A stretch of DNA of 64,000 bases, from assembly GCF_001447785.1 (NCBI RefSeq), contig NW_015164194.1, positions 1,008,226-1,072,225 on the forward strand, written 5' to 3'. The notes beneath the pieces are model-generated. The model did no database searches. It saw only the letters and a program-made list of their open reading frames with translations, and was not told the origin of the DNA. The stretch is from Gekko japonicus (taxonomy: Eukaryota). Of the stretch, positions 12,863 to 26,486 are shown one piece after another. Position numbers and translations under genes: made by a program. The stretch's first letter is position 1; every line of letters begins with the position of its first letter.

Positions 12863-15316
12863 TAGGGTTGCCAAATCCAAATCCGGAAATATCTGAGGAC
12901 TTTGGGGGTGGAGCCAGGAGACTTTGGGGGTGGAGCCAGGAGACTTTTGTGACGTCACTTCCTGTGACATCACTTCCTGTGACATCACTTCCTGTGACAT
13001 CACTTCCTGTCACTGACGTCACTGAGAAGGGAAGGAAAGAAGGAGGGAAAGAAGGAAAGAGAGAAGAAAAAAAGGAGGGAAAGAAGGACCAAAAGCAGTA
13101 ACTTAGATCCTTCCTAGAAAGGGGGACACAGCTTACCACAAAAATTATGAGGAGGTTTAGAGTAACTGGAGAGCCTCAGTCAGAGAACAGCAGAAGCTAT
13201 GAAATACATACACTGCCTCAGCTCATTTTTCTATAACAGAATGGATGTTCAAGTAAGAAAACACTTGCCACAGAGCCTCACAGTGAACAGCAACTTGTCT
13301 GGCAGCAAAGAAAACACCCCCAACCCCAAGGAGAGTGCAAAAAACGTTTAAATGGGGCTACTGTCTGCCCCTTGAATAAAGGAACAAATGACTCAGGACA
13401 ACTGAGAAGTTATTTCACATCCCATGCCCAAGGGGAAAACCTGACCCTTCTCTAAGTAGGGTTCTTTTCTTCTCTGTTAGGGCTCCTGGATTTTTAAGAG
13501 CTGTTATATAGCAATTCAGCTGGAGAAGTTCTGTTCATCTCACTCATAGCAAAGAGGGAAAATCTGCATCTGCACAATTTGCTTGTTTGCAGGTCACATA
13601 TCTACCCAAGATAGGTGAAAAAAAGTTGCCTCGTCCCAGCAAAACGGAAGCAAAAGTGGTAATCTCTTTTTCTTGGGCATTTCAAGCTACTTTGTTGGTC
13701 TTCAAGGTGCCCGCTGGACTCAAACTTTGTTTGGGGGCGACAAATAGCACTCAATATACCTTGAAGAAACAACCATCTACCCATCAAATCTTTGACTGTG
13801 ACCATTCATAATAATACATGAAGTCAGTGAGTAAAACTAAAATAAATCGTTTGCAGGGGCCCCCTTGCACATAATCAGTAGCCTCTCTGCTGACCAATGA
13901 AAGGGATCCTCTGCCCCCCCAACCTCTCCCTCCCGCACTGACTCTTGACCCTGAGTAGGTCAACAGAGAATTTACAAGTGCAATCTTAAGCTAACAGCTT
14001 CAGTGGATTTAGAAGGATGTAACTGTTTAGGAATGAATTGTTAATGTCTCCAGCCTCCAGGCCCATTCTAAGGCTACAGCCCAAATAATTCCAAATTGTT
14101 CCTTTCCTAGGGCTGTTTTATCTTTGTAGTACATTACAAAACCTGGGATGGATCAGACTGCAATTACTCAAGGTACAGTGGAATGCTGTTTAGGATTAGG
14201 GAATGGATTCATCATAAACATTGCAACCCAAGCAGTTCAATTATCACCACAGGTTGTACAATCCCTCCCAATGAAGGAGCTTCTCTATTATCTGGCCATC
14301 AAAAAGTTGGAAAGACTGAGACTGTCGATGAATGAGCATTCATCCCTTCTTCTGGATATATTGCACCCTGAATAAAGAATAATCCCCACCACCACAACAA
14401 AGAACTCTTGGTTGTGTTTACCAAAATGACATTCAGTAAAGTACTCTGAGCCGTGGCTGGCTCGGTTCCCCTCCCCAAGTCACACCTTCCAGCCTCTTGC
14501 AAATGCGTGTTCTTGTGCTCTCCTCCCCCCACCTTTCCCCGGCAAAAAAATAAAGCAGCTTCTCTTCTGTGCTCTAAAGCCTCGAGCAATCACGCAACGC
14601 AAGCACTCCCCCCCTCCTCCCAGTAAACCGGGAGAGTTTGCACTCTCTCTATCCATTCCACACACGGTGACACACCTTCCCTCTCCCACCCACCCAGGCA
14701 GACCTGCTCCGGAGAGGCTTTTTTCCAGGAAAGCGCAAGGGAAGCTGTCTTTTCTTTTTTACTTTTCCGGGAGGGGGGTGGGTTGGAAGCAAGCCAGAAG
14801 GCAGCTGCTGCTGTACCGGGACCAGAATGGGGCTCGGCTCCTTCTAGCCTCTCACATGTGCGCGCTCCTGCACTCCCCCTCCCCTGAAATAAATAAAGCG
14901 GAGTATCCCCGGACCCCGTCTCTTGCCTAGTGTTCAAGCCGGCGGCCCTGCCCAGCCGCCCAAAAGTGTCCCGGTCCCCACTTACATCTCTCTTCTCACA
15001 GGGGGGGGGGGCGGGCTCACTGCTCAGGAACTGCTGCAGTGCAACAGGAGAGCTCAGTCAGAGTATTGCAGGCAGCGGCCACGCCACGAGGACAAAAATG
15101 AAAGTAGATGTCCTCGTGAGCGGGGGAACTGGAAAGTGACGCTCTGGCCGTACTCACTATGGTTTTTAGAACCATAGAGTCTTGGAGGACTTAAATTCCA
15201 GAGCGTCACTTTCCGGCCGCCATTTTTTTTCCCCCGGGGCCCAATTATTAGAAAACGGGGGAGGGGGTATTGAAACCAGGGGTTCCCCCGGCCCCAGCGG
15301 GGGTTTGGCAAGCCTA
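12863..15316. mobile_element. 2.45-kb non-autonomous hAT element inserted in a SINE
   Basis: TIR TAGGGTTGCCAAA / TTTGGCAAGCCTA; exact 8-bp TSD GACTCTAA; the split SINE resumes in register after it. Confidence 0.92.
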
Positions 15317-15550
15317 GACTCTAATCTGGGAGAACCAGGTTTGATTCCCCACTCCCCCACATGCAGCTGCTGGTGTGACCTTTGGTCACTCATAAGTTCT
15401 TTCAGAGCTGTTCTCTTAAGGGCAGTTCTCGAGAGAGCTCTCTCAGCCCCACCTACCTCACAGGGAGTCTGTTGTGGGGCGGGGAAGGGATTGTAAACCA
15501 CTCTGAGACTCTGAGTGAAGGGTGGAGTACAAATCCAATCTCTTCTTCTT
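15317..15550 (+). mobile_element. Squam3-like tRNA-derived SINE (head at 12822-12862)
   Basis: B-box ggtttgattccc and body ctctctcagccccacctacctcacaggg; related copies at 31659, 34907, 53690 and 61560. Confidence 0.8.
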
Positions 15551-16271
15551 TATTTCCCATCCTCTCTTCCTCTTGTGTGTGTTTGTGTGCTTGGTTCTGC
15601 CTCCCATGTCAGCCATATTGTATTGGTGCCCACCACCTTGCACAAAGATTCCAAAGCTGCCCACAGGTTCAAAAAAGTTGAGAACCTCTGTATAATCCAC
15701 TATGATGAGAACAGATAAAATTGCTTTTGTAAATTTTGTTGTTGTTGTTCAAACTAAAAACCTTGTTGTTGAGCCCTGGATGGAAGAGACGGGGTTCTGA
15801 TTGGAAACTCGCTAATACCACAACTTTCTTTGGAGAGGCGATGTAAAAATAACATGTTCAACATTAAATGCAGTGACCTGTAGCAGAAATCTCTCTCTTT
15901 GTGATAGTCAATTGATATGCCGGGCTGTACCTTTGAATAACTAAAGAAAAAACTGTAGTGCAGAACGGATGGCATGAGTACAGAGAATAGAGATATGCGG
16001 CCAGCTGCTGTCTCATATTCAGCGGAGACCAAACATTGCAGAACTAGTCTAATTAAAAGCCTCTCTTTTGGGCAGTTTTCCTGCCACTTCTTCCACATTG
16101 AGAATTCAGTGCAGAGGAGAGAGTCAGGGTGCCATCCGGCACTCTTATGTCCTGTTGATTTCAGTGGGAGAGTTAATGGAACATAAAACACTCTTAACCT
16201 AGACTGGATTGTGCCCTTTCTTCCCAGATATAGTCCTTTTGAAGCTTTTGAAATATATTCCTGCTGCTGTA

Positions 16272-16347
16272 NNNNNNNNNNNNNNNNNNNNNNNNNNNNN
16301 NNNNNNNNNNNNNNNNNNNNNNNNNNNNNNNNNNNNNNNNNNNNNNN
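16272..16347. other. Assembly gap (76 N)
   Basis: N run. Confidence 1.
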
Positions 16348-16607
16348 GCCAGGCGAGTCCGACTCTAGGGTTGCGGTGCTCATCTCCGTTTCCAAGCCGA
16401 AGAGCCAGCGCTGTCCGAAGACGTTTCCGTGGTCATGTGGCCGGCATGACTAAACACCAAGGCGCACGGAATGCTGTTACCTTCCCACCAAAGTGGTCCC
16501 TATTTATCTACTTGCAATTTCTTGCTTTCGAACTGCTAGGTTGGCAGGAGCAACTACTGACCTTCCACAGCCTGCAGTTCAGTGTCTTAACCACTTGAGC
16601 CACCGCT
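16348..16607 (-). mobile_element. Sauria SINE (partial, abuts the gap)
   Basis: Same core as 11279-11623. Confidence 0.85.
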
Positions 16608-16779
16608 CAGTCATACACACACACAAAAAGTACACATTTACAAGATTCCAAAATTGTAAAATACATTTAATAAAACATTAAAAAGCATAGACAGTGATTC
16701 TATACATAAGCCCATTGCTTTAATTTTTCCCTCAATATATGCTGACCAGTTTGACATATTGGATTCGGGAGCATTTGAG

Positions 16780-17110
16780 AGATAAAGCTCCCAGGTTTCC
16801 AGCAATGACCCAATTGTAAAATCTCCACTTTTTTGAAAAGACTAAGATTTTTGACTTCTCGTGGTCTAACTGAAGTTTGTTATTAGTAAAAAATGATACA
16901 CAACAGATCAATAGATGTCTTAGTCCCACCCTGGAGCGGGACAACAACACTGTGTCGTCAGCGTAAAGTAGCAGGGGTACGTGTATCGCACCAAGTTTAG
17001 GACTACAGCAGTCAGCACCAGACAACTGAGCAGCAAGATCATTGAGAAAAAGATTAAATAAAAAGGGAGCTAAAATACACCCCTATTTGATACCACAAGG
17101 ACTAGTAATA
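16780..17110 (-). mobile_element. RTEX-like LINE reverse-transcriptase fragment, inverted
   Basis: GCILAPFLFNLFLND...LLLYADDTVLLS on the minus strand; a diverged relative of 18880-19170. Confidence 0.8.
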
Positions 17111-17112
17111 GA

Positions 17113-20100
17113 GGTCGCCCCCAAGCAGGATTAACTATTTTTGTTTCCTCCAGTTTAAATTTAAAGAATGCTACCCTCTTGCCCATGCCATTCTCCTTAA
17201 TCATGAAAATTTTGCTTTAATTATTGTAAATGTATATATCTCTCCTTCTTCATATAAAGGTGTTATGCTCGCTCATTGGAGCCGCTTAACCACTTTCTTA
17301 GAATTTATAGAACATCAGTACTCATTGACTGAAACAATCATTGTGGGTGATTTTAATGTCAGAGTTGGCAACGACATGTCTCTTCTTCTTAAAAACCTGG
17401 ACCTCGACCAGGACTCTCTTCTTCCATTACTTTCCCCTTTCCCGAGATATTCCAAGGATAATATTTTTAATTTAGCTGGTTTAAGATTAACACAAGTTTG
17501 TATACAGTTCACAAGTTCTGGTTTAATGGCCTAACGAAACTTGGCAACTCTGGTGAATTTACTTTTATTTCCTCATTGGGCTGCAGTGTTATTGATTATA
17601 TTTTGGTCTCCCTTTCCTTTTGGTCACTTATTTCTGATTTTGAAATAGGTACCCCAATCATTAGCAATTGTTTACCCTTGATGCTTAGTTTAGATTTTGA
17701 TGGGGTGTTTAAATCAACCTCAAATCAAGAAACAGACTGTACGCGTAGGGTTTCTTGCTCCCCTAAACCAAAGAATCTTACAATTATTTCAATCTAAGTT
17801 CAGTCTTGACTTTAGATTTGCATTAATAAATTCTTCTGATCACCTGGAGGCAATTCTTTACTATGAATATTTAATATATTTTATCATTAATTCACTGCAC
17901 CAGAAGCCTGAAGTGATTAATATCAATTATATTAAGTATATGCCCAAACTTCAGTGGTTTGACAAAGAGTACAGGAACTTAAAAATTCACCTTCATACAA
18001 TTTACCGGAACTTCCGGAACTCCTTGGACACAAAACTTCCAGTGGAATACTGAAACACCTGTTACTCCAACTAACTGATATTAAAAGACAGTTTTTTTAC
18101 TAATAAACAATGGGGGAAACTCCTTTTTGCCATTTCCACAAATGACTCTAGACAGTTTTGGGCTCAAGTTGCTGGTGCTATACATGTCGAATCACCCTCA
18201 GTTTCTGCTATCTCTCCTGGAACTTGGTTTTAATATTTCTCTTCCATATTTCAAGAGGAACTCTCCTGCCTTAATTCACATCTGGCTGATCTCTCCGAAT
18301 GGCCTCCTGTTGCCCCTGATGAAATTATAACCTTAATAATTGATAAAATAAAAATAGGTAAAGCTCCAGGACCAGATGGAATTATCCCTGAGATCTTGAA
18401 AGCTGACCCGGATTGGTGGGCCTACCCCTTGGCCTCCCTCTTTACAATGGGTCAGATGCCTGTGGCCTGGTCTAAAGCCCTTTTTGTTCCCATCTATAAG
18501 AAGGGATCACAACACAATCCTTCCAACTATAGGCCAATAAGTTTACTTTCTGTAATAGGGAAATTATACGCCAAATTTTTACAACTAAAGCTCTTTAACT
18601 GGACCTCATCTTCTAAGATCCTTGGTCCTGAGCAAATAGGGTTTAGTCAGGGGAAATCACCTCTTGATCATTGTATTCTCCTCTCTCACCTGATAAATAA
18701 TTACTAGACTTTGATTCCGTCTCGAGGAACTTACTTTGGTGGAAATGTGACCATCTGCTTCATGATAAGAGATTATTATTCCTTATCAGATGATTATATA
18801 TGGCTACATCTTGTCAGATTAGATGCCCTCCCTCTGGAAGACTTACCCCAATGATTACTATAAATAAATACAGCAGGGCTGTATTTTGGCCCCTTCCCTT
18901 TTCAATCTTTTCTTAAATGACTTTGCCCCTTTTCTGTCTTCAGCTGATGGCTACAGCCCTAGACTAGGCTCTGCGCATCTCTCTTTACTGCTGTATGCTG
19001 ATGACGCAGTTCTTTTGTCGTCTACTCGTTTGGGGATAAAGCATTTACTTAATCACTGCAATGAATATTGTGTTGCCAACTATCTGGAGTTAAATTATGA
19101 GAAGTCCAAAGTACTGGTCTTTTCCAACTCCTGGAAGGTTTATGACTGGAAAATCAATGGTCATTCCTTGGAACAGGTTAAGATCTTTAAATATCTTGGT
19201 GTTCATTTTCAATACAACACCGGTCTGTCATCGAAAAATGCCAATTAATACAGCCAAAATAAATGTGGCAGCAATTTCCAAATTTTATTTCTCAGGAAGA
19301 AGTAACCAGTATATACCTGCCGCTTTAAAAGCCTTTAATGCCAAAATAGGGGCCCAGTTATTATATGGGGTGCCTATTTGGATTAATACAGCTGAAAACT
19401 CCATAGAACAACCTCAGTCCTATTTCCTGAGGAAACTCTTTGGGGTGCCACTGCCAATGTGTGTCCCCTACTCAGCTTTATGCCTGGAATGCGGCCAGAA
19501 CATGTTAATAACTAAAGCATGGCTTATTACAATTAAGTATTGGCCTCGCCTTCTTTTCAATTCAGACCCCTCTAGTTACACCTATCAGCTTCTATTAGAA
19601 TCTAATTATTCAAACCTATATAGAATCCAAAATTAAATCTCTGGATATCACCTTAGATTTCTTCCTCCTTACTTCTGAATCTGAGGCTTTCTCAGTTATA
19701 AGAGCCAATCTACTTCACTCTGAGCTACATTCACTATATAATGCCGCTAACAAAACCTGTTCACCCCTGTATTTTGGAATATCTCCTAAAGTCGGCCAAG
19801 TTGCCTCTTACCTGTACCAACTTCACATCCCCAAACTCTGTAGAGCCCTCTCTGTGGCCAGATTCAATGTACTACCTTCGGCCTTATTATCTGGCCATTT
19901 TCAGGGTGTGCCCTTTTCTGACAGATGTTGTCCATGCACAAATGACCATATCGAAATGATCTCCCATGTCTTGTTTCAGTGCCCCTTCCACCACGTGCCA
20001 CGTCTGAAATATCGAAACGCTACTTTGGCTCAATTAGAAGAATATCCTGATGGCCTAAAGATCCTTACTCTTCTTGATAATCCAAACCTTGAGATAACGG

Positions 20101-20286
20101 GAACTGTTGCTAAATTCCTTTTTGGTGTCATTTCTATTCGCCTTTTATTTAATTGATTGGTATACTTACATGGTAATTCCTTTTACATCTGTTTTTTTGC
20201 AAGTATTATTTTATCCTGCTGTTGTTTTCGTTGTACATGAGTCTGCAAGGGTTACATGCCAATAAAGGTAATTGGATTGGATTGGA
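17113..20286 (+). mobile_element. Degenerate LINE with endonuclease, RT and C-terminal Cys/His motif; probably RTEX clade
   Basis: IIVGDFNVR, SVIDYILVS, NYRPISLLS, LLYADD, CPC...HVLFQCP; AATAAA followed by (ATTGG)n tail. Confidence 0.85.
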
Positions 20287-20287
20287 A

Positions 20288-20398
20288 CAACCCTGGTATT
20301 CCTGGGAGGTCTCCCTTCCAAGTACTGCAAGGGTCTACCCTGCTTAGCTTTCGAAGTCTGATGAGATTGGGCTACCCTGGGTTATCCAGGTGAGGGCA
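20288..20398 (-). mobile_element. 5S-derived SINE head
   Basis: Reverse complement of the family at 2983. Confidence 0.7.
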
Positions 20399-20714
20399 TA
20401 AAGGAATGATAGTATTCATAAAACTTTGTGAAGTCAGCACTGTAAAAGATGATACATTAAAACATGACTCGTCTTTTACAGTTTACAACAGGAAAGTTCT
20501 GCAGATTATAGATATGTTGTTTGTTTAGTAAAGGATATTTTATAATTGGTTTTGAAGAACAGACTTGGTTTTTATCTGTACCTTTACTGCTCAGCCCTTT
20601 TTGATTTGGCTTCATGATGCTTCACGTGGAAGAATTCTGGCAAATGTTGGAAGGGACCCTCTAAGGTTGGACTGTATTTAATTTTTTCTTTCTTTTTCTA
20701 AACACTCTTTGTAG

Positions 20715-20933
20715 GAAGAAAGAAAAGTCCCTCCTCCAGTACCAAAGAAGCCCCCAAAAGGAAAATTCCCCATTACAAGAGAGAAGTCTCTAGATCTGCC
20801 TGATAGACAACGTCAAGAAGCCCGGAGGCGACTAATGGCTGCTAAAAGAGCAGCCTCCTTTCGACAGAATTCAGCCACAGAGCGTGCAGACAGCATTGAG
20901 ATATATATCCCAGAGGCCCAAACTAGGCTTTAA
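20715..20933 (+). CDS. DLGAP2: DLGAP2 final coding exon (absent from ORF track)
   Basis: Acceptor ctctttgtag|GAA; hand translation EERKVPPPVPKKPPKGKFPITREKSLDLPDRQRQEARRRLMAAKRAASFRQNSATERADSIEIYIPEAQTRL*; C-terminal QTRL is the Shank PDZ ligand of the SAPAP family. Confidence 0.96.
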   Translation, partial: EERKVPPPVPKKPPKGKFPITREKSLDLPDRQRQEARRRLMAAKRAASFRQNSATERADSIEIYIPEAQTRL

Positions 20934-23900
20934 AGACTAGAATGCTGCATAGTTTTTTTCTTCTTTTTTTCAAAGAACAAAACAAAGCGAAATGCTTGTA
21001 CAGCTTGTCTCCTCCCGGCTAAACTTTGTCACATTCTCTTCCCTTCCTACCAAATGGGCCCTTGGTGTTGTGCCCTTTGTGCCACCTGCACAGTGGAATG
21101 CTTTTGAGTTCCTCAGAATTCGCTGAGCCCATTGCAAGAACTATACTTCTTTTCCTTTGGTATTTATTAACAGACTAAACAATCAGCTCCAATGGATAGG
21201 GCTTCTTGAGACCTTACTTATCCAATATGTTCTCAGAGGACAACGATAAACACCTCTTGAGATGGAACCCAGCTTACTTTTTTGTTATTTATATTTTTAT
21301 AAATTATGTGATAACTTGGGATAAGAATATAACAAACTTTTCAAATGGGTGCATCTCACCATTCACCAGAGGCATTAGCTAATCCGAGTAGAAGGTGCTA
21401 CAAATGTAAAGTGCAAGAAAGAAAGAACCCATCTCTCTCCCTCTCTCCCTCTCTCTCTCCCTCTCTCTCCCTCTGCTTCTCTCTGACCTCCAGTTTCCTT
21501 ACCTTATACCCAGCTAAAGTTTTTGCCCATGTGCTCTGCTGTTTTGCTTATCTTTGTTACTGCAAAATAACATGAGGCCTATCATCTCTCATCAAGTTGA
21601 GTTTTTGGAGACGAACAGGGATATCCAGCCATGAAACTCCAAAGTTCATCAGGAACAAAAACAAAAACCAGGAGCAAAGGAATACCTGATGGTGGTGGGA
21701 ACATCCAGCCCAGTGAGAAACATGCTTCATTTCAATAGTCCAGAAGTCTGACGGGGAAACAAATGCAAAAGGACTTGAGTAAAATAATGAAAAGGGAAGC
21801 CTTAAGAATTTAGATCTTCTGTAGCAAGTTGTGAAAAGTTCTATTATTCCTTTGGAACATTCATTACATTTTAAACTGTTCTTTTATGCTGTAGTTATTT
21901 TGTTTACAAACATGGATTTTTTTAAAAAAATTCAAAATCTGTATTACATGTAATATTTGAATGTCTCAAAATGCTAGGTCAATTGAGTTTCCAGGGTATC
22001 CTTAAAAACAAAACAAAACAAAAAAAATTACAAAAAAACCCTTTGCTTGTTTAAAATACCAGTTGTGATATTGTAACCAGTTTAAGAAATATGAATGTGA
22101 GTGGTAAGTATATCTCAGTTTAAATGGTAATCTTAAGGTTAAAAAGGTGAACTGTGGTTTACATTTGTAATTTTGTTCGATTTTTTTTCCTATGCAGTAT
22201 TAGTTAAAGATATAAGAAAGTCTCTTGAAAGTTGTTTCAGATTTATAAGACATGATGTCAAGAGGTACGTGACTTCTAACTATGGAATTTAAAAAATGTC
22301 TTTCCCCCCCAAGCCTTTGTTTAATATCAAGGAAAAGCTAGAAATACTGTGCTCAGGCACGAACTATGCTCTTCACAGCATTATTCAGCTTATTTATCCT
22401 TCCAAGTTTCTCCTAATTCTTCAGAAGAACGCACGCATGCACACAAACACACACACAAACAAATCAGGGTTCAGAATGAAACAAAATACAAAAACTGAAT
22501 TGCATCCTGGAGAAAAATTTCTGTTACTAGTTTTAGTTGAACAATCCATATTTAGCCATAGGCAGAACAGCTCCTTAAATGATACTACAGCACTTTGGTT
22601 TTTCACTTTGACGAGCACTTTAAATATGTACTTTGCAAGCCCTTCCTTCTACCATGTGACTGAAAAATGCTAGACGTTATAGGAGGTTAGGCAGATCCAA
22701 CATTGGGTTTCTCCGCTTCTCCCCTCCCCCCCTTCCTCCAATGTACTTTGTTAAGCATGCATTCTGTTTAAGGGCAAAGCTGATATAAGCATGTTTAGCT
22801 TCAAGATATGAATCTTTAGAGTTGAATGTTTGAGAAAGGAGGGAACCCTATAAATTGAGCCTAGTATCTTCTGTAAATTTTACCAAATAGCCTTAAACTG
22901 CATTTGGAAGCAAAAAAACAAGAGGAATGTATAACATTAAAAATGCAAAAGAATAATAATAATCCTAAAATATTCTGTAATGATTAGGATATTCCCCCTC
23001 CCCAGTGTATTAATAGACGTTCTCGAAAAGAGACGACTCCTGGGTAGTGTATAATGTTAATGCTGCTTACTGTTCTGTTTTAAATGCAAGCGTATTTGCA
23101 GGTATCTTTAAATATGAGATTTTTTTTTCAAGTGGAGCTGCTACATAGAAGTAACTACATGAAAGTAAAAGAGTAGAATATGCATTTCCTAGAGACAGCA
23201 GATTTGAAACGGATCTTCCTTTACCTCTCTTCCCTGTCCCACCATGCCTAATTCAGCTGATCTGTTTTGTCTCATTTAGTCAATAGGTAAGGCCAAACCA
23301 TGTGCACTTTGCTCATTTGAGTAAACCTGTGCAGAACAGGAACTGATGAGGCAACATGCTGCATTTGACTCCTTCACCATATTCCATGCAAAAAAAGGCA
23401 AACAATTTTCAAGAGTCCACACCTACCTATTCAAATGTAATATCTCACCTAGTGGATGAAACAGTATAAGGATCGGATGGTTTGGTATGTGGAATCCTTT
23501 GTTAAATGAAAACGGTTCTTCTGCATCACATGTGGGGTGAAGTCTGAACAGCTGGCTGTAATTGTTGTCGCAACTCAAGGATGAGGGATTGTTCTGCACT
23601 GTGCCATTCCAAAGGGAACTTCCTTAAACAGAAGCTACTTTCCTGTGCAGACACAAGACCTTTGTGTTTATTATTTTTTACTTCACTCTCCATTTTAAAA
23701 ATTAATATCAGCTCTTACTAATGAGTGAGGCACAAAGCACGAAGGATAGAATAGGTCAATGTGATCAAGCCAAATGCTAATTTGCATGTTGTTCATGCAG
23801 TGATGGGAAGACATGGAATATGAGCCTTTGCCTCTACATCTCGCTGTTTGTTCCACCTCTGTTCCAAAGAAAACTATTTAAAATGTAAACCAGTTGCCTT

Positions 23901-24051
23901 CTGCTAACTCTGATAAAATGTTTCCTGTTCGAAAACCAAGTTTTTAAGTGCAATATATATTCTCTTTTTTTTGTACAGGGAAGATTTAAACAATAATGGC
24001 ACTTAATAAGCCATGCTTCTCATGTATTGTACATTAATTTGTTGCAGAAAA

Positions 24052-24057
24052 AATAAA
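24052..24057 (+). terminator. Candidate proximal polyadenylation signal of DLGAP2
   Basis: AATAAA preceded by TGTA motifs (catgtattgtacatt). Confidence 0.5.
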
Positions 24058-26295
24058 AGTAATGTTTATAACACTCATGTTGCAAGTCAGTTGGCCCCAG
24101 TCTAGAGTAAACCCTAAAGTCCATAGAGAGAGTTATTACCAGATGTGGTTCAAACAAGAGAATTTAAAGTATCATATGATTAAAAGATATCACCATAGAG
24201 GTGAAATCCACCATGTTCAATTAAACTTGTATCTTGAAGCCACATTGGCAATTAGAATCCATAAAGTGACAAATTAGAATCCATAAAGTGACATATAGGC
24301 AAATTCTTCTTTTGTTGTCTGTAGTGCAGTAAGCAGAATTCTCAAAGATGTTCTATTGAACTAGGGCCCTAATTCTGTGTACACTTACCTGTCATTAACA
24401 GTTTAATCCTTGGTAGAACTGGACCTTTCTAAATCCATCTATGTCAGTCTGTTTAGAAAGATGAAACTCGGCTTATGGTAACACTATAAATATCATTGAG
24501 AACTATAGGACAATTGCAAGTAAATATGCACAGGACTGGGCTGTATCGAATAAAACCTCTCTGGTTAGAAAAGAACCTAGACGTGTTTTCCAGTGATCTC
24601 TGTGGTTGGTTGCTTTCATTTCCATTCCAGTTTGTCCATTAAACATGATAGGTTTTGTGGGGTGCTATTTGATTGATCAGAATGGCCTTTCTGGTAAGAA
24701 TGAGAAATGTCACTGAGAGTAAGTCCAGAAACAGCATTTTAATTTAATTTTTTAAAAAAAACATTTTTATGCCACCTTTCCACCCAATCAGGGTCCACAA
24801 GGCGGCAGACAAAAAATTAAAACATTTGAACAATTAAAAATACCTTTAAAATTATAAAGTAATTCAATTAAAATGCATAACCAACTCTAGAAGGAGGACC
24901 AATAACCATTATTGTGGGTCTGCTAGGTGACACAAAAAGTTTTCACCTGCTGGCCAAAGATACCTATAGAGGGAAACAGATGAATTCTAGTTCATCAAAA
25001 AGACAGTAAATGCCTATTGTATGTTGAATTCAGAATTCAGAACTTCAAGCTCAAGAATACAGAGATAGTTTGTGGGATTCATGTAAAAGAGTTTCAGATA
25101 GTAACAGCTATTTTTTTATTATTCAAATAGTTATGCTGGTAAATGTACACTCTGGAAGGTGCTCGAGGTAGCCTGTAATCCAGAGTCTTGTGTGTATGAA
25201 AGAACTTCTCTGTTCTAGACAACCTTCTGTATCTACAAAGAAGAAAGAAACCAAATCTATTCAAAAACAAACCATAATTAACTGAAGAGAACAGGAAATA
25301 GGATTAAACAGGTTTTCCATCATTTATTCATGGGTTTTGCTCAGACAATCTTCCAACCCTTTTCAAGGAATCTGAAAGAACCCAAAGATTCAGAACAGAA
25401 CCATTTCCCAGAGTCAGGAAAGGAAATGGAATGGGAACACACTTCCACAACTCTGAAAATTGGGGCCTGGGGAAAGTAGTGACATAAAAACAAGCAGCAA
25501 CAACAACAAAAACAGAAGCCCATTCAAAACTAGCTTGTTCTTTGTGTGCCAAAAACTATTTTTAAATATATATGTATGGGTATTATTTTAGCACATGAAT
25601 TTTGAAGTGGAGTTGTAGGTTGTCAGCTAATTTGCTAGACGGCTTGTTTTTTGCAGCACAGGAGTGTGCTTTCTGCAAGATCCCTGAATTTCGGAGTCAA
25701 ATGTGTGTGCATTATGGGACTTTGAAAAAATCTACACAGACCCTGAAAATACTTGGGGGGGGGGGAGTAAAAACTCTTCTCCTCTGGGGTTGCTCATCAG
25801 AACTCCCACAGATCACATTGTAATCTTTAAAAAACACAAGTCAATTGCAAAATCAATTCTAATAGGGTTTTGTAATCATTCTTAAATCCAGAACACAGAG
25901 GACTTGGGTCATGCACCTGCTGATCCTACAAATTATATTTTCTTTAGCAATAGTGGAAGAGGGAGATTGTATTTCTCAGAGACTTCTTTGCTGAATTTTC
26001 TGAGCACGTCTGCTATTTCCTTAAAGAGGGTGTGCTAAAGAGATGACGTTTTGAAGCTCCCCAAGTGAAAATGTACTGAATTCTTAATTGTAAATTTACT
26101 AGAATAGAAATATAGGCTTGGATCTAATGACTTGCTTCCCCTATGCAAGTCATCTCAGTCTGGTGGAAGGACTCCATCAGATCAACACTCCTTCCTCCAG
26201 AGCAAGGCACTTCACCTAACAGAAGAAAGTCACTGGGTTCAAGCCTGTATTTTAATATGCAGTGCAAAATTAAACTTAAAAACAGGAGAAAAAAG

Positions 26296-26486
26296 TCCAG
26301 TCGTATCTTAAAGACTAACAAAATTTGTGGTAGGGTGTGGGCTTTCATGAGCCACTGCTCACTGAAGACGTGAACTGTGACTCATAAAAGTTCATACCCT
26401 GCCACATTTTTTTTAGTCTTTGAGGTGCTACTGGACTCTTACTCTTTTATACTGCTACAGGTAGACTAACATGGCGACCCATCTCG
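26296..26486. mobile_element. Penelope terminal (pLTR) fragments in inverted arrangement
   Basis: gtccagt...aagactaacaaaatttgtgg followed by its inverse ttagtctttgaggtgctactggac. Confidence 0.7.

Noticed and set aside
12950-13022. CRISPR-like array (also 35182-35380)
   Set aside because: Head-to-tail repeats without unique spacers, in vertebrate DNA, with no cas genes.
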